The notes under the pieces were generated by a model that saw only the letters and a list, made by a program, of their open reading frames with translations, did no database searches and had not been told where the DNA came from. Positions 46,048 through 55,976 of a stretch of 64,000 nt of DNA are shown here, in pieces. Each line of letters opens with the position of its first letter. Within the stretch, counting starts at the first letter, position 1. The stretch is from contig PEYN01000018.1 in the NCBI GenBank assembly GCA_002774355.1, positions 91 to 64,090 on the forward strand. The letters run 5' to 3'. The translations under genes and the position numbers were made by a program. This stretch comes from Fidelibacterota bacterium CG08_land_8_20_14_0_20_45_22. GTDB lineage: Bacteria; Fidelibacterota; UBA2242.

Positions 46048-48232
46048 TCATTTCCGGGGTCAAGGGAATCTCATGGAATTCGACGCCCAGCGCATTCTCG
46101 ACCGCGCCGAGATATGCCGCCGGAATGCCGACTAACGGTTGTTCGCCGACGCCCTTCGCGCCGTACGGCCCGCGCGAGTAATTTTCTTCCAGAATAATGG
46201 ATTCGATTTCCGGCGCATCTAATGTTGTCGGAATGATGTAATCCGTCAGGCTTGCTTGATTCAATCTGCCGTTTGTTGCCGTCATAACTTCCAGCGAGGC
46301 GTAACCGAGTCCCTGCAAAGAGCCGCCTTCGATCTGGCCTTCAACCAGAACCGGATTGATTGCCTTGCCGATGTCGTGCGCCGCCGTGATTTTTCCAACC
46401 GTCACTTCAAAAGTCAGCGGGTCAACAGTAACTTCCACTACTGACGCCGCCCAGGAGTAAATTGGGTAAGCGTCGCCGACAAATTTATCATCATCCCAGA
46501 CGACGTCGTCCGGCACGCGATAAACACGCGTCGCGGTGAAAATACCATTCGTTGCCAGTTTCGCTTTTTCGGCAAAATCCTTTTTGGCGGGCGTCGCTCC
46601 GACCTGCTCCATCAGATCGGTACAACATTGAAAAACCAATCCGCCGACGATCATGGTCGTGCGCGAAGCGACCGTCGGCCCGGAATTTGGCACAATGGCT
46701 GTATTCGGAATTGCCACCGTGATTCTTTCGATGGGAAGAGCCAGCGCGTCGGCGGTAATCTGACGCATGACGGTATTCATGCCTTGTCCCATTTCAACAG
46801 TGGCGATACGGATCAATAATCCGGTTTCATTTGAATAATCGACAGAGGCGGTTGCCTTGATAATTTCTTCGCCTTTGCCCGTAAAACCGCATCCGTGGAA
46901 AAACGCAGAGATACCGATGCCTTTTAAAAGTTGACCATTTCGCGGCTGATTGCGGTATTGATTATATTTTTCAACGAAATTCGTACGCTCGGCGACAACA
47001 TTCAATGCTTTTTCCAAGCCAATGGATTCTGCTAATAATTGGCCGGTCGCCGTACGGTCACCGAGGCGCAAAATATTAATTTTCCGCAGAGAATAAGGGT
47101 CGAGATCCAGGCGATAAGCGGCGTGATTCATCTGAGCTTCGATGGCGAAGAACGCCTGCGGAGCGCCGAATCCGCGAAACGCGCCCGACGGCAACAGATT
47201 TGTCGCTACGGCTTTCGACGCTAAACGGATATGATCGCATTTGTAAACTCCCGGCGAGCCCAGCGCGCCGCGCGCCAAAACTACCTGTGAGAGCGTACTG
47301 TGCGCCCCGCCATTCAATATGAAATCGATGTCCATGGCGATAATGCGACTGTTCTTATCGAAAGCGATCCGGCGAATACTTTGCGACGGATGGCGTTTGG
47401 TTGTCACGGAAATGTCCTCGCTTCGATCATAGACGATTTTGACCGGTTTGCCAGATTTCAGCGCCAGAAGCGCCGCGTGACCGGAAATCAGCGATGGATA
47501 TTCCTCCTTGCCGCCGAATGCTCCACCGGTGGTCGCCTGTTCAACGACTATATCTTCCGGGTCGAGATTTAGCACTGGTGCCAGACCTTTTTGCACGTAA
47601 AACGGGCATTGCATTGAACCGACGATCCTGATGCCATTCTTGAAAGGATAAGCAATCACGCCCTGCGTTTCTAAATAGATATGCTCCTGATAGCCGGTGC
47701 GGAAGGTTTCCTCCAGCACGAATTTGCTTTTTGCGAAAGCTTTATCCGGGTCGCCCTTGACGTAGCCGTAACTCTTGAAAATGTTGTCACTGCCGTAAAT
47801 CGGCGGAAAATTCCCGGACAGCGCGTTTTCCATCGTTGAAATCGCCGGCAAATCTTCGTATTCAATTTGAAATTGTGAAGCGATCGCGCGCAGTTCATCC
47901 TCATTTTTTCCGGCTAACAGCGCAATCGGTTCGCCGATGTAATTGACGACATCTTTCGCCAAAAAGGGTTGATCTTCGTTGAACAGGGCGACGTAATTTT
48001 CACCGGGAATGTCTTCAGCCTTGATATAAATGACGTCGGGCGGCAATTCCGGAGCGACAATCCGCAGAATCTTCGCCCGCTGACGGTTCGAGCGGATCGT
48101 TACACCAAAGAGCATATCCGGAAAATCCAGATCATTGGTATATTTTGCTGCGCCACGCATTTTATCGGCGGCATCAAACCGCACAATCGGCTGGCCGACA
48201 TATTTTAGATCCATTTTCTGTTGATCGGACAT
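46004..48232 (-). CDS. Molybdopterin-binding large subunit of a xanthine dehydrogenase / aldehyde oxidase-family hydroxylase (CoxL/XdhD-like)
   Basis: 742 aa with Ald_Xan_dh_C hammerhead and the two Mo-cofactor binding domains; follows XdhC and precedes the 2Fe-2S and FAD subunit genes. Confidence 0.9.
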   Translation of the reverse strand: MSDQQKMDLKYVGQPIVRFDAADKMRGAAKYTNDLDFPDMLFGVTIRSNRQRAKILRIVAPELPPDVIYIKAEDIPGENYVALFNEDQPFLAKDVVNYIGEPIALLAGKNEDELRAIASQFQIEYEDLPAISTMENALSGNFPPIYGSDNIFKSYGYVKGDPDKAFAKSKFVLEETFRTGYQEHIYLETQGVIAYPFKNGIRIVGSMQCPFYVQKGLAPVLNLDPEDIVVEQATTGGAFGGKEEYPSLISGHAALLALKSGKPVKIVYDRSEDISVTTKRHPSQSIRRIAFDKNSRIIAMDIDFILNGGAHSTLSQVVLARGALGSPGVYKCDHIRLASKAVATNLLPSGAFRGFGAPQAFFAIEAQMNHAAYRLDLDPYSLRKINILRLGDRTATGQLLAESIGLEKALNVVAERTNFVEKYNQYRNQPRNGQLLKGIGISAFFHGCGFTGKGEEIIKATASVDYSNETGLLIRIATVEMGQGMNTVMRQITADALALPIERITVAIPNTAIVPNSGPTVASRTTMIVGGLVFQCCTDLMEQVGATPAKKDFAEKAKLATNGIFTATRVYRVPDDVVWDDDKFVGDAYPIYSWAASVVEVTVDPLTFEVTVGKITAAHDIGKAINPVLVEGQIEGGSLQGLGYASLEVMTATNGRLNQASLTDYIIPTTLDAPEIESIILEENYSRGPYGAKGVGEQPLVGIPAAYLGAVENALGVEFHEIPLTPEMIYHRVHREHRENIR

Positions 48233-48402
48233 CGGTTACAAAGATAATCGTTTCTGGTGAATAATGGTAGAGAGAATTTTTAATTGAAAATTGGTGGCTG
48301 GAGATTGCTAATTTCAAAATTCAAATTGCAAATATTTCATTTCAAATTGGAAGAAAATACAAGTTTAGTTTTCTCCGCGACCGCTGCAGTCTCCGCGGTT
48401 AT

Positions 48403-49179
48403 CTAGGATTTCTTCCTCAATGAATCGGTTTCGGTTTTATTGATTACGCCTATCATTTCGCCCAGGATGGCTACCGCGATTTCAGCCGGTGTCTGCGCTC
48501 CGATATTCAGGCCAATCGGCGAGTAAAATTGCTCCGGAATGGCAATCTTTTCCTCAGTCAATCGCGCGCGGGTTTCTTTAACTTTATGCAGTGAACCGAT
48601 CAGGCCGATATATTCGAATGACTTTCCGCAAGTCAGCAATTGGCGCAGAACAGTGTAATCGAACTGATGATTGTAGGTCATAATCGCCGCAAAGAGATTC
48701 GACCCGGGAAAAGTTACCATCGGCAATTTTTCCAAATCGCACTGAATGAAGTCGATGGGCGCGAATTGCGGTTTGAGTTCCGATCGATTATCGTAAACCG
48801 TCACCCGAAAACCAATCTGCGGCGCCATTTTATAAAGCGCCTGCCCGCAATGGCCGCCGCCAAAAATTAACAGCGTGCGCACCGCCGGAAAATAGTCGTA
48901 AAAGAGCGTTGAACTGCCGCCGCAGGGCATACCAAGAGAATCGAGATCGTATCGTTTCAATTCCGACTTATGCGATTGGAAAATCAAGCCGGCATGGCGG
49001 ATCGCCTCTGCCTCCAGACTACCGCCGCCGACCGTGCCGAATGTTTTACCGTTTGGTAGAACCAGCATCTTGAAAGAAACCTTGCCCGGCGCCGCGCCGG
49101 AATTTTCGATGACGGTAATCAAAACGCAAGCCTGTCCAGAAGCAGTTATTTCCGTGATTTTATTAAACAGGGTGTTCAC
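48403..49179 (-). CDS. XdhC/CoxI-family molybdenum hydroxylase maturation factor
   Basis: XdhC_CoxI N-domain (ACVLITVIENSGAAPGKVSFKMLV...GTVGGGSLE) followed by the Rossmann-like XdhC_C domain (LLIFGGGHCGQAL). Confidence 0.85.
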   Translation of the reverse strand: MNTLFNKITEITASGQACVLITVIENSGAAPGKVSFKMLVLPNGKTFGTVGGGSLEAEAIRHAGLIFQSHKSELKRYDLDSLGMPCGGSSTLFYDYFPAVRTLLIFGGGHCGQALYKMAPQIGFRVTVYDNRSELKPQFAPIDFIQCDLEKLPMVTFPGSNLFAAIMTYNHQFDYTVLRQLLTCGKSFEYIGLIGSLHKVKETRARLTEEKIAIPEQFYSPIGLNIGAQTPAEIAVAILGEMIGVINKTETDSLRKKS

Positions 49180-49790
49180 TTTGTTCTCGCTTTCATTTTG
49201 GCAATTCGTTCTGCGGTGGATTGAAGTATTCCATAATCATTGGGCGTGTCCAGATCCAGCAGAATTTCTTCGTCATAAACCGTTACAAACCGCCTTTTGA
49301 ATTGATTAATGATCGTTTTAGGAGTTATGGAAGAATCGTTTTCGTCTGCCGCCAGAATTGCCGTCCGGACTTTTTCGCTGGCGAGGATCGGATGTCCGGC
49401 ACTACGATGGAACGATGGCTGGACAATGTCGGCTTTTTCTGCGGCGATTAATTTTTGGTAAACTTTAGCCGGAATCTGTGGCTGGTCGCCGAGTGCAATG
49501 AAAAAACGTAGCGTTTGAATCTGCGCGGCGCCGACTTTCACCGAAGAAAACATGCCTTTGGCGTACTGTTTATTTTCGACGAAAACCACGCGTTCGTCCC
49601 AGCGTTTCAGATTGACAATATCCTGCGCCCGAAAGCCCACCACGACGATAACCCGCTCCGACACTTCCAGCGCGGTGTCAATGACTGTTTCGACTATCGT
49701 GGATTGCCCGAAAGGCAACAACGGTTTGAAGGCGCCCATGCGGGTGGAAAGCCCGGCGGCGAGGACGACTGTATCAAACTTATTAACCAC
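49176..49790 (-). CDS. MobA/MocA-like nucleotidyltransferase (molybdenum cofactor cytidylyl/guanylyltransferase; YgfJ-like)
   Basis: VVLAAGLSTRMGAFKPLLPF N-terminal NTP-transferase motif; 204 aa; 4-bp overlap with the xdhC-like gene. Confidence 0.8.
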   Translation of the reverse strand: MVNKFDTVVLAAGLSTRMGAFKPLLPFGQSTIVETVIDTALEVSERVIVVVGFRAQDIVNLKRWDERVVFVENKQYAKGMFSSVKVGAAQIQTLRFFIALGDQPQIPAKVYQKLIAAEKADIVQPSFHRSAGHPILASEKVRTAILAADENDSSITPKTIINQFKRRFVTVYDEEILLDLDTPNDYGILQSTAERIAKMKARTK

Positions 49791-49809
49791 GAATGGACAC
49801 GAATTTACA

Positions 49810-51033
49810 CTAATACTTTTTCATACTATTGATTATTGCTTCAAGATTTGGCTCAATTGTCGGTGGAATAGCGATCTTATTTTCTATTGCATTCATATCT
49901 TTAAAACCAACGCCGGTTAAAAGGATAACGATTTTCTGCAAGGGATCGAGGTTACTTTTATCTTTCAGAAATCCCGCCCAGGCCGCGGCGGCGGCCGGTT
50001 CGACGAAAACGCCCGCATCCTGGCAGAGTTGCAACTGAGCGGCGGTAATTTCGGCATCGCTGACTTCCGTAGCCCAGCCGCTACAGGCTTGCATGAATTT
50101 GATGGCCATCCGACCATTAGCCGGCGAAGCGACTGAAATGGAATCAGCCGCGGTTGTCGCCTTGTCAATGGTCAGCATCCTTCCGGATTGATAAGCTTTC
50201 GCGATGGCATTTGAGCCGCTAGCCTGTACGCTAACGATTTGCGGGATTTTCGCAATCAGTCCGGCGACTTTCAGATCGGCAAAACCCTTATAAACTCCGG
50301 CATAAATCACGCCGTCGCCAACCGGCACGAAGACGATGTCCGGCGCGCTCCGGCCAAGTTGATTGAACATTTCGATCGAAACGGTTTTTTTACCCTCGAT
50401 GGTCAGCGGATTGAAAGCCGTGTTGCGGTTGATACCGCCGAATTGCTTTGTGTACTCGATAGACAGTCTGAAGGCGTCGTCGTAAGTGCCGCGAATCGGA
50501 ATGACTGTTGCTCCGTAAAGCACCGACTGCAGAAGTTTGGCCTTCGGCGCAGTCGCCGGAACGAAAAGGATGACATTCAGGCCGAGCGCCGCACCTGCAC
50601 AGGCCATCGCCGAACCGGCATTGCCAGTCGAGGCCAGGACAACGGTTTTCTCGTTATGGTATAAAGCCTGTGCGGCAACCAATTGCGAAGCGCGGTCTTT
50701 CAGCGAGCCGGACGGATTGGCGCCGTCATTTTTCAGGAAAAGATTCGGTAAGCCATATTGCTGGCGCAATTTTTCCGGCGCAACGAGCGGCGTATTGCCC
50801 ACCGGATAGGCGGCGGCCTCCGGCAATTGATAAACGAGAAAATCGGCCGGAGTAACCGCCGGTTTATTTTTCAGCGACGCCAAATATTCCGGATCGAGAA
50901 GGGTTTCCAGCACACCTTTTTGAAATTCGCCGGGAATCTGTTCGCATCGTGGACAAAGATAACGGATTTGGTCGGCCGGATATTCAGCCCCGCAATCGCT
51001 ACAGCGATATTTAAAATTCACAACGCACCTCAA
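49810..51033 (-). CDS. PLP-dependent fold-type II enzyme of the threonine synthase family with N-terminal zinc-ribbon
   Basis: YRCSDCG...CPRC zinc ribbon; PLP-lysine motif NPSGSLKDRAS; Gly-rich loop GVGDGV; 407 aa. Start is TTG (51033) or GTG (51021). Confidence 0.7.
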   Translation of the reverse strand: MRCVVNFKYRCSDCGAEYPADQIRYLCPRCEQIPGEFQKGVLETLLDPEYLASLKNKPAVTPADFLVYQLPEAAAYPVGNTPLVAPEKLRQQYGLPNLFLKNDGANPSGSLKDRASQLVAAQALYHNEKTVVLASTGNAGSAMACAGAALGLNVILFVPATAPKAKLLQSVLYGATVIPIRGTYDDAFRLSIEYTKQFGGINRNTAFNPLTIEGKKTVSIEMFNQLGRSAPDIVFVPVGDGVIYAGVYKGFADLKVAGLIAKIPQIVSVQASGSNAIAKAYQSGRMLTIDKATTAADSISVASPANGRMAIKFMQACSGWATEVSDAEITAAQLQLCQDAGVFVEPAAAAAWAGFLKDKSNLDPLQKIVILLTGVGFKDMNAIENKIAIPPTIEPNLEAIINSMKKY

Positions 51034-51093
51034 ACTTGTAATAAAGTCAGGGCAATTTTACGAAAAACTTGTCACAAAGTCAGGGCAATTTTT
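51033..51093. repeat. Two 28-bp direct repeats (period 33 bp) immediately upstream of the PLP enzyme gene
   Basis: AACTTGTAATAAAGTCAGGGCAATTTTA (51033-51060) and AACTTGTCACAAAGTCAGGGCAATTTTT (51066-51093), 25/28 identical. Confidence 0.55.
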
Positions 51094-51303
51094 CACCATA
51101 GATAACAAGAGGATACAGAAAATCAGTTTATTTTCGTTTATCTATCACAAGAGAGATATTTGAACGATTAAAGAGAGAATTTCACGTGATGAGAATTCGG
51201 ATTCTCCCCGCCTGAACGATGCCAGTCAGGCTGGAGTGCTCTTCGTGGTGAATTATTCAGGCGAAATAAACGCCCGGCATTGATGTTTACTCTGAACCTA
51301 TTT

Positions 51304-51642
51304 TTAATGATCGCAGGCGTTATCAGCGATCTGAAGCGTACCTTTGAGGTAGTCGTCAACCAGTTTTTCAGGGGTTTCCGCGGAAGCGCCAATGATCACC
51401 TGAATATTGTTTTCGGCAAAAAGCGCCAATGCACGTTGACCCATGCCGCCGGCGATAATCAGGTTCGCACCGCGCTCCGCCAGCCATCTGGGTAAAAGTC
51501 CCGGTTCATGTGGTGGGGAGTTGAGATCATCACGTTTGATGATTTTCTTTTCAGTATCGTTGATATCGATTAAGACGAAGCACTCGCAATGACCAAAGTG
51601 CATGGACAGTCGTCCGCCGACTAAAGGGATGGCGATTCTCAT
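51304..51642 (-). CDS. NifX/NafY-like dinitrogenase FeMo-cofactor-binding domain protein (Nitro_FeMo-Co, MTH1175-like)
   Basis: MRIAIPLVGGRLSMHFGHCECFVLID...LIIAGGMGQRA matches the PF02579 pattern; 112 aa. Confidence 0.8.
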   Translation of the reverse strand: MRIAIPLVGGRLSMHFGHCECFVLIDINDTEKKIIKRDDLNSPPHEPGLLPRWLAERGANLIIAGGMGQRALALFAENNIQVIIGASAETPEKLVDDYLKGTLQIADNACDH

Positions 51643-51786
51643 GAATTGGTTTCCTTTTTAACTAAGTTAATTTTTAGCATTTTCACTTATACAAAATACT
51701 ACAAAGAACCGGATAATTTACCGCATAATTTCGTACCACCGCCGATAAAACTGTTAAATTGACAGATTCCATGCTTTTTTATTCTT

Positions 51787-52659
51787 TTACAAATTGAGTT
51801 GTTTCCAAATTTCTTTAATATCCTGTGCGCTGTCCGCTTCGGTTTCCACGACTGCCAGCGCCTGCATTTGAGCGTCTGTCACGCCCTGATCATACCGGAT
51901 GCGTCCGATGACCCGCGCGCCGTTTTGCCGTGCTTTTTTTTCTATGCGTTCTGTCATTTTTGGATTGAGATCCCATTTATTGACGCAAACATGTGTCGGA
52001 ATACCGAAATGCCGCGTCAGCGATATTACGCGCTCCAAATCGTGTTCGCCGGAAATAGTTGGCTCAGTCACAACCAGCACGATCATTGCACCGGTTATGG
52101 AGGCGATCACCGGACAACCGATTCCCGGTGGGCCGTCCACGATAATCAGTGAGCGCTTTTGTTCTTCGGCGATGAGGCGTGCTTGCTGGCGCACTACCGT
52201 TACTAATTTACCGGAATTTTCAGCCGCGATTCCCAGTTTGGCATGAACCATCGGACCGACGCGCGTTTCCGAGATAAACCATTTGCCGCAGACACGTTCC
52301 GGAAAGTCGATGGCTTTCACCGGGCAGGACCGGACGCAGACGCCGCACCCTTCGCAGGCAGTTGGATCAACGAAGAATTTCACTTTGCCTGAAGGTTCAT
52401 GATTCATTAGTATCGCGTCGAATCTGCAATACGCTAAACAGGCACCGCAAGCGATACAGTCTGATTGACGAATGACAGCTTCGTGGCCGCCCTTAAATTC
52501 ATGGCTCTGCTTGATTTCCGGCGAAAGCACTAAATGCATATCCGCCGCATCAACATCGCAGTCAGCGATGACCGATCGATCAGCTAAAACGGCGAATGAT
52601 GCAGTCAGGCTGGTTTTACCGGTTCCGCCTTTGCCACTGATAATAACCAATTCTTTCAT
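51787..52659 (-). CDS. MinD/Mrp-superfamily P-loop ATPase with inserted 4Fe-4S ferredoxin domain (COG1149-like)
   Basis: Deviant Walker A GKGGTGKTS at the N-terminus; two CxxCxxCxxxCP ferredoxin motifs (CIACGACLAYC, CEGCGVCVRSCP). Confidence 0.8.
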   Translation of the reverse strand: MKELVIISGKGGTGKTSLTASFAVLADRSVIADCDVDAADMHLVLSPEIKQSHEFKGGHEAVIRQSDCIACGACLAYCRFDAILMNHEPSGKVKFFVDPTACEGCGVCVRSCPVKAIDFPERVCGKWFISETRVGPMVHAKLGIAAENSGKLVTVVRQQARLIAEEQKRSLIIVDGPPGIGCPVIASITGAMIVLVVTEPTISGEHDLERVISLTRHFGIPTHVCVNKWDLNPKMTERIEKKARQNGARVIGRIRYDQGVTDAQMQALAVVETEADSAQDIKEIWKQLNL

Positions 52660-52772
52660 GAATCAACGTTCCTCTTTCAGATCACAATAACCTTGTCTCA
52701 TTTGGTTTGGATGGTGCCTGTGCCAGGTGTTATTCGTCGTCTTCTCCTTGTAGATTACTGGTTTTTCGTATC

Positions 52773-53732
52773 TCATTTTGTCGCGAACTTTCTCAGATAG
52801 AATGTGTGTCCTTGGTAATTCGTTGCCGCAAGATTGTCTTGAGCAACCAGTCGATCGACGATTTCCCAAGACGCACCTGCTCGGGAAAGAAACGCGCTAA
52901 CCGCATCTTCTCTCATTGGATGAACAGCAGTTATACTTAACAAATCTTTTTCAATATTTCCGGTGAAGGCAAAGGCGTTTCCTTCGTAGCCAATCAGATA
53001 TTCTACTCGATCGAATCTATCGGTAAAAACCTGAAACATCCGGTTGAGAGTTTCTTCATCCGGTTTTTGTACCGGCTTCTCCGCTGGCGGGCGAATAGGA
53101 ATACTTATATAAGCCTGAGCCGGTTGGATTTTATTGACAAAATCAGCCACTTCCTTCAGGCACTCGTCATTGTCGTTTATTCCTTTGACAAGCATTGTTT
53201 CGGTCGCCAATTTGCCGGTAAAATATTTTGCAAATGTCGATATTCCGTCCAAAATCATGGGTAATTGGAGGGTTTTATGGGGTCGATTGATCTTGTGCCA
53301 TGTCTTTTCCCGGACGGAATCAATTTTCACCGAAACCCAATCGGCTTTGCTGAGTTCTTCTCTCACATCTTCCCGCCAAATCAGCGAGCTGTTGGTAATC
53401 ACGCCGACGGGAACGTTCAGCATCTTTAACAAGGTAATTGCTTTGCCCAGATTAATATCCATCGTAGGCTCGCCATCCGGTACGAAGGTGAGATAATCGA
53501 CTCGTTCGGCAGTCTCTTTTGCCTTTGCTAACCGACTTTGCACGTCATGGAAAATGTCTTCAGGTTCGTAAAAAAATCGGCGTTCGCTTTGCATATGTGA
53601 GGTTCGCCCTACCTGACAGTAAACGCAGGAATAGGTGCATACTTTGGCGGGAATATTGTTGATTCCCAAACTTTTCCCCAGTCGCCGCGACGGAACGGGT
53701 CCGTAAGAATATTTGTATTCTTGAACGGTCAT
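52773..53732 (-). CDS. Radical SAM enzyme (COG0731-like, no SPASM domain)
   Basis: YGPVPSRRLGKSLGINNIPAKVCTYSCVYCQVG with the CxxxCxxC radical SAM cluster motif; 319 aa; translationally coupled with the downstream ATPase gene. Confidence 0.85.
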   Translation of the reverse strand: MTVQEYKYSYGPVPSRRLGKSLGINNIPAKVCTYSCVYCQVGRTSHMQSERRFFYEPEDIFHDVQSRLAKAKETAERVDYLTFVPDGEPTMDINLGKAITLLKMLNVPVGVITNSSLIWREDVREELSKADWVSVKIDSVREKTWHKINRPHKTLQLPMILDGISTFAKYFTGKLATETMLVKGINDNDECLKEVADFVNKIQPAQAYISIPIRPPAEKPVQKPDEETLNRMFQVFTDRFDRVEYLIGYEGNAFAFTGNIEKDLLSITAVHPMREDAVSAFLSRAGASWEIVDRLVAQDNLAATNYQGHTFYLRKFATK

Positions 53733-54583
53733 TATTTAAAATTCCCTGTATTTTTCAAACTTGTTATTTTTTTGATCAAATTTAGAAAGAGGTTGCGATA
53801 TTCGGGTAGAGCCTTTACAATCAGTTCGCCCCGGGAATAGGCTTCGGCAATCCGCCGATCATTAGGAATCTCTATGAGGATCGGAATATTTTCTGCGCTA
53901 CAGTATAAATTCACACGGTCGTCTCCAATTCCGGCGCGATTGATTATGACACCAAACGGAATTTTCATTTTCCGCACCGTTTCGACGGCAAGTTTCAGAT
54001 CGTACAATCCAAAAGGCGTCGGTTCTGTAACGAGCGCCACAAAATCCGCCCCTCTGATTGTGTTGATTACCGGGCAGGATGTTCCCGGCGGAGCGTCCAG
54101 AATGGCTGGAATTTTTCTGTTTAAACGGGCTTTGATCGCGCGGATCAACGGCGGAACCAGCGCTCCCCCAATATCAAACTGGCCGTGAATCAAAGTTATT
54201 TTATCCGCCTGAAATGTCTCGATAATTCCGATCCGGTTATCGACTTCGCGGATGGCTTTTTGCGGGCAGATTTGCGCACAACCACCGCAACCATGACACA
54301 GGTCTGGGAATATAAGAGGTTTAGCGCCAAGCGTTACAATGGCGTGAAATTCGCAAATCCGACTGCATTCATCGCATCCATCGCAGAGATTTTCATTGAC
54401 TTGTGGAATTAAAATTGTGGCAATTTCTTGCTTAAGCGGGCTACCTTTTAAAAATAATTGGTCATTTGGCTCTTCGACATCGCAATCCAAAAGTTGAATC
54501 TCACGGTCAAAGGCGCTCGCAAGATTCACGGCAACGGTTGTCTTGCCGGTTCCGCCTTTACCGGATGCGATGGCGAGAATCAT
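53732..54583 (-). CDS. MinD/Mrp-superfamily P-loop ATPase with inserted 4Fe-4S ferredoxin domain (second copy)
   Basis: MILAIASGKGGTGKTTVAVNLA Walker A; CDGCDECSRICEF and CHGCGGCAQICPQKA ferredoxin motifs. Start placed at Met32 of the ORF call, giving an ATGA overlap with the DUF89 stop. Confidence 0.8.
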   Translation of the reverse strand: MILAIASGKGGTGKTTVAVNLASAFDREIQLLDCDVEEPNDQLFLKGSPLKQEIATILIPQVNENLCDGCDECSRICEFHAIVTLGAKPLIFPDLCHGCGGCAQICPQKAIREVDNRIGIIETFQADKITLIHGQFDIGGALVPPLIRAIKARLNRKIPAILDAPPGTSCPVINTIRGADFVALVTEPTPFGLYDLKLAVETVRKMKIPFGVIINRAGIGDDRVNLYCSAENIPILIEIPNDRRIAEAYSRGELIVKALPEYRNLFLNLIKKITSLKNTGNFK

Positions 54584-55383
54584 CAGAAAGACCTCTCTTT
54601 TATACTTTCGGTGTTGGATTTCATCAGAACCTGTGTCCCGACTGGTAATCCGATATGATTCGCAATTACCGGACATTTCACTTTGAAGAGAAAATAGATA
54701 TTGCGCGGTTCATCGCTGAGTGTTTCGTAATTGCCCTGACCTTTGGCAATGATCAAGTCTGCATCCTCAAATCGCCGGATAAATTCCCGACTGCAATCAG
54801 CCAATATCGTGCCCGGCGCATCCGAGCCGTTGTCGATAATCTTGACGATTTTATCAAGCCCGACGGTTTGCGCATCAATAATTGTAGCATCGTTGATAAT
54901 CGGCGCGCCGCGAACAACCAGCGTTACCCGTTTTTCTAAAATCTGCTCAATGAGCAAGCGGTCAAAAGCGATTTCGCCGGCATTATCTGCCAAATAAAGA
55001 ATATTCTTGGCGCCGAAAATAGCCGCCCGAAATTTTTCCCAATCGCCGGCGAGTGGCTCTTGCAATGCCTGATGAACAGCGCGCATTATGTCATTTTCTG
55101 TCAGATGACCATTGACGCCAAGGTCGATAATGTTTCCGGCGATGGCGAGACGAGTAGCCATAGCTAACGAATCTTCCGCCGATTCAACCTCGGCTTTCAA
55201 TCTGGGAAATAAATCCAAAGCCAAACGGTTATGTTTTTCCTTTTCCGTCTGATATGGGTCGCGCTGTCCGGTGATTTCACGCAGACGACGATGAAAAAAT
55301 TGTCCCATAACGGGCGGAGAAATGCTCATGTTCATATCGCTGGTTTTTTTCAACACTTCCCGGAGTATTTGTTCCTGAATCAC
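54583..55383 (-). CDS. DUF89 / ARMT1-like damage-control phosphatase family protein
   Basis: Family-typical LAIAGNIIDLG and DNAGEIAFD metal-binding segments. Uses a GTG start at 55383. An in-frame N-terminal extension to about 55445 encodes YLDCVPCFVTQALDAARRV, the CxxC N-terminal motif of the family, but has no canonical start codon. Confidence 0.7.
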   Translation of the reverse strand: MIQEQILREVLKKTSDMNMSISPPVMGQFFHRRLREITGQRDPYQTEKEKHNRLALDLFPRLKAEVESAEDSLAMATRLAIAGNIIDLGVNGHLTENDIMRAVHQALQEPLAGDWEKFRAAIFGAKNILYLADNAGEIAFDRLLIEQILEKRVTLVVRGAPIINDATIIDAQTVGLDKIVKIIDNGSDAPGTILADCSREFIRRFEDADLIIAKGQGNYETLSDEPRNIYFLFKVKCPVIANHIGLPVGTQVLMKSNTESIKERSF

Positions 55384-55457
55384 CGGGTCTTCTGTAACTC
55401 GGCGCGCCGCGTCGAGAGCCTGAGTAACGAAGCAGGGAACGCAGTCAAGGTACGTTT

Positions 55458-55976
55458 TTATAATTCAATCATCCTGCGTTTGCCTTTCTTTTTAGCTGAT
55501 TTCTCGTCTACGTCATCCTGCCAGCCATCCCGGAGCGTTTCGATCCGATCGAACCTTTTTATATAAGGCTTAATATCGATCAGCGGCGTGCCATCCAGAA
55601 TATCTCCGCCGTTTATGTACAAAATGTTGCCTTTGCGCCGGACAAGTTCGACAATGCTCAATCCTATAGCATTCGGCCGGTTGGGCGCTCGTGTCGCAAA
55701 CAGGCCGCGTTCAACATCCTGAAGAAACGGTTTTACCAGAAGTTTTGCCGGTTGTGCCCGATGAAAATGATAGATCAGATAAATGTGCGAAAACCCATCC
55801 AAATCACGAAGTCCCTCGGCAAATTCTGGAAATACTTCAACTTGCGCCGAACACTCTTTTGCATAAACTGGTTGAATTGGCGTCTGATCTTCAGCAGTGT
55901 TCTCGCTGTGAATGATTCCAATCGGTTTGAATAAAATTTCAGATTCGCTCAAATTAATGTCCTTCGACATCATCAC
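55458..55976 (-). CDS. TsaA/TrmO-like (YaeB family) SAM-dependent methyltransferase-fold protein
   Basis: FKPIGIIHS...GLRDLDGFSHIYLIYHFH...GLFATRAPNRPNAIGLSIVEL matches the TsaA-like domain (UPF0066). Confidence 0.8.
   Translation of the reverse strand: MMMSKDINLSESEILFKPIGIIHSENTAEDQTPIQPVYAKECSAQVEVFPEFAEGLRDLDGFSHIYLIYHFHRAQPAKLLVKPFLQDVERGLFATRAPNRPNAIGLSIVELVRRKGNILYINGGDILDGTPLIDIKPYIKRFDRIETLRDGWQDDVDEKSAKKKGKRRMIEL

Noticed and set aside
51168-51392. 74-aa minus-strand ORF overlapping the 3' end of the NifX-like gene
   Set aside because: Overlaps a confidently assigned gene in another frame and continues into a repeat-containing non-coding spacer; no motif; likely spurious.
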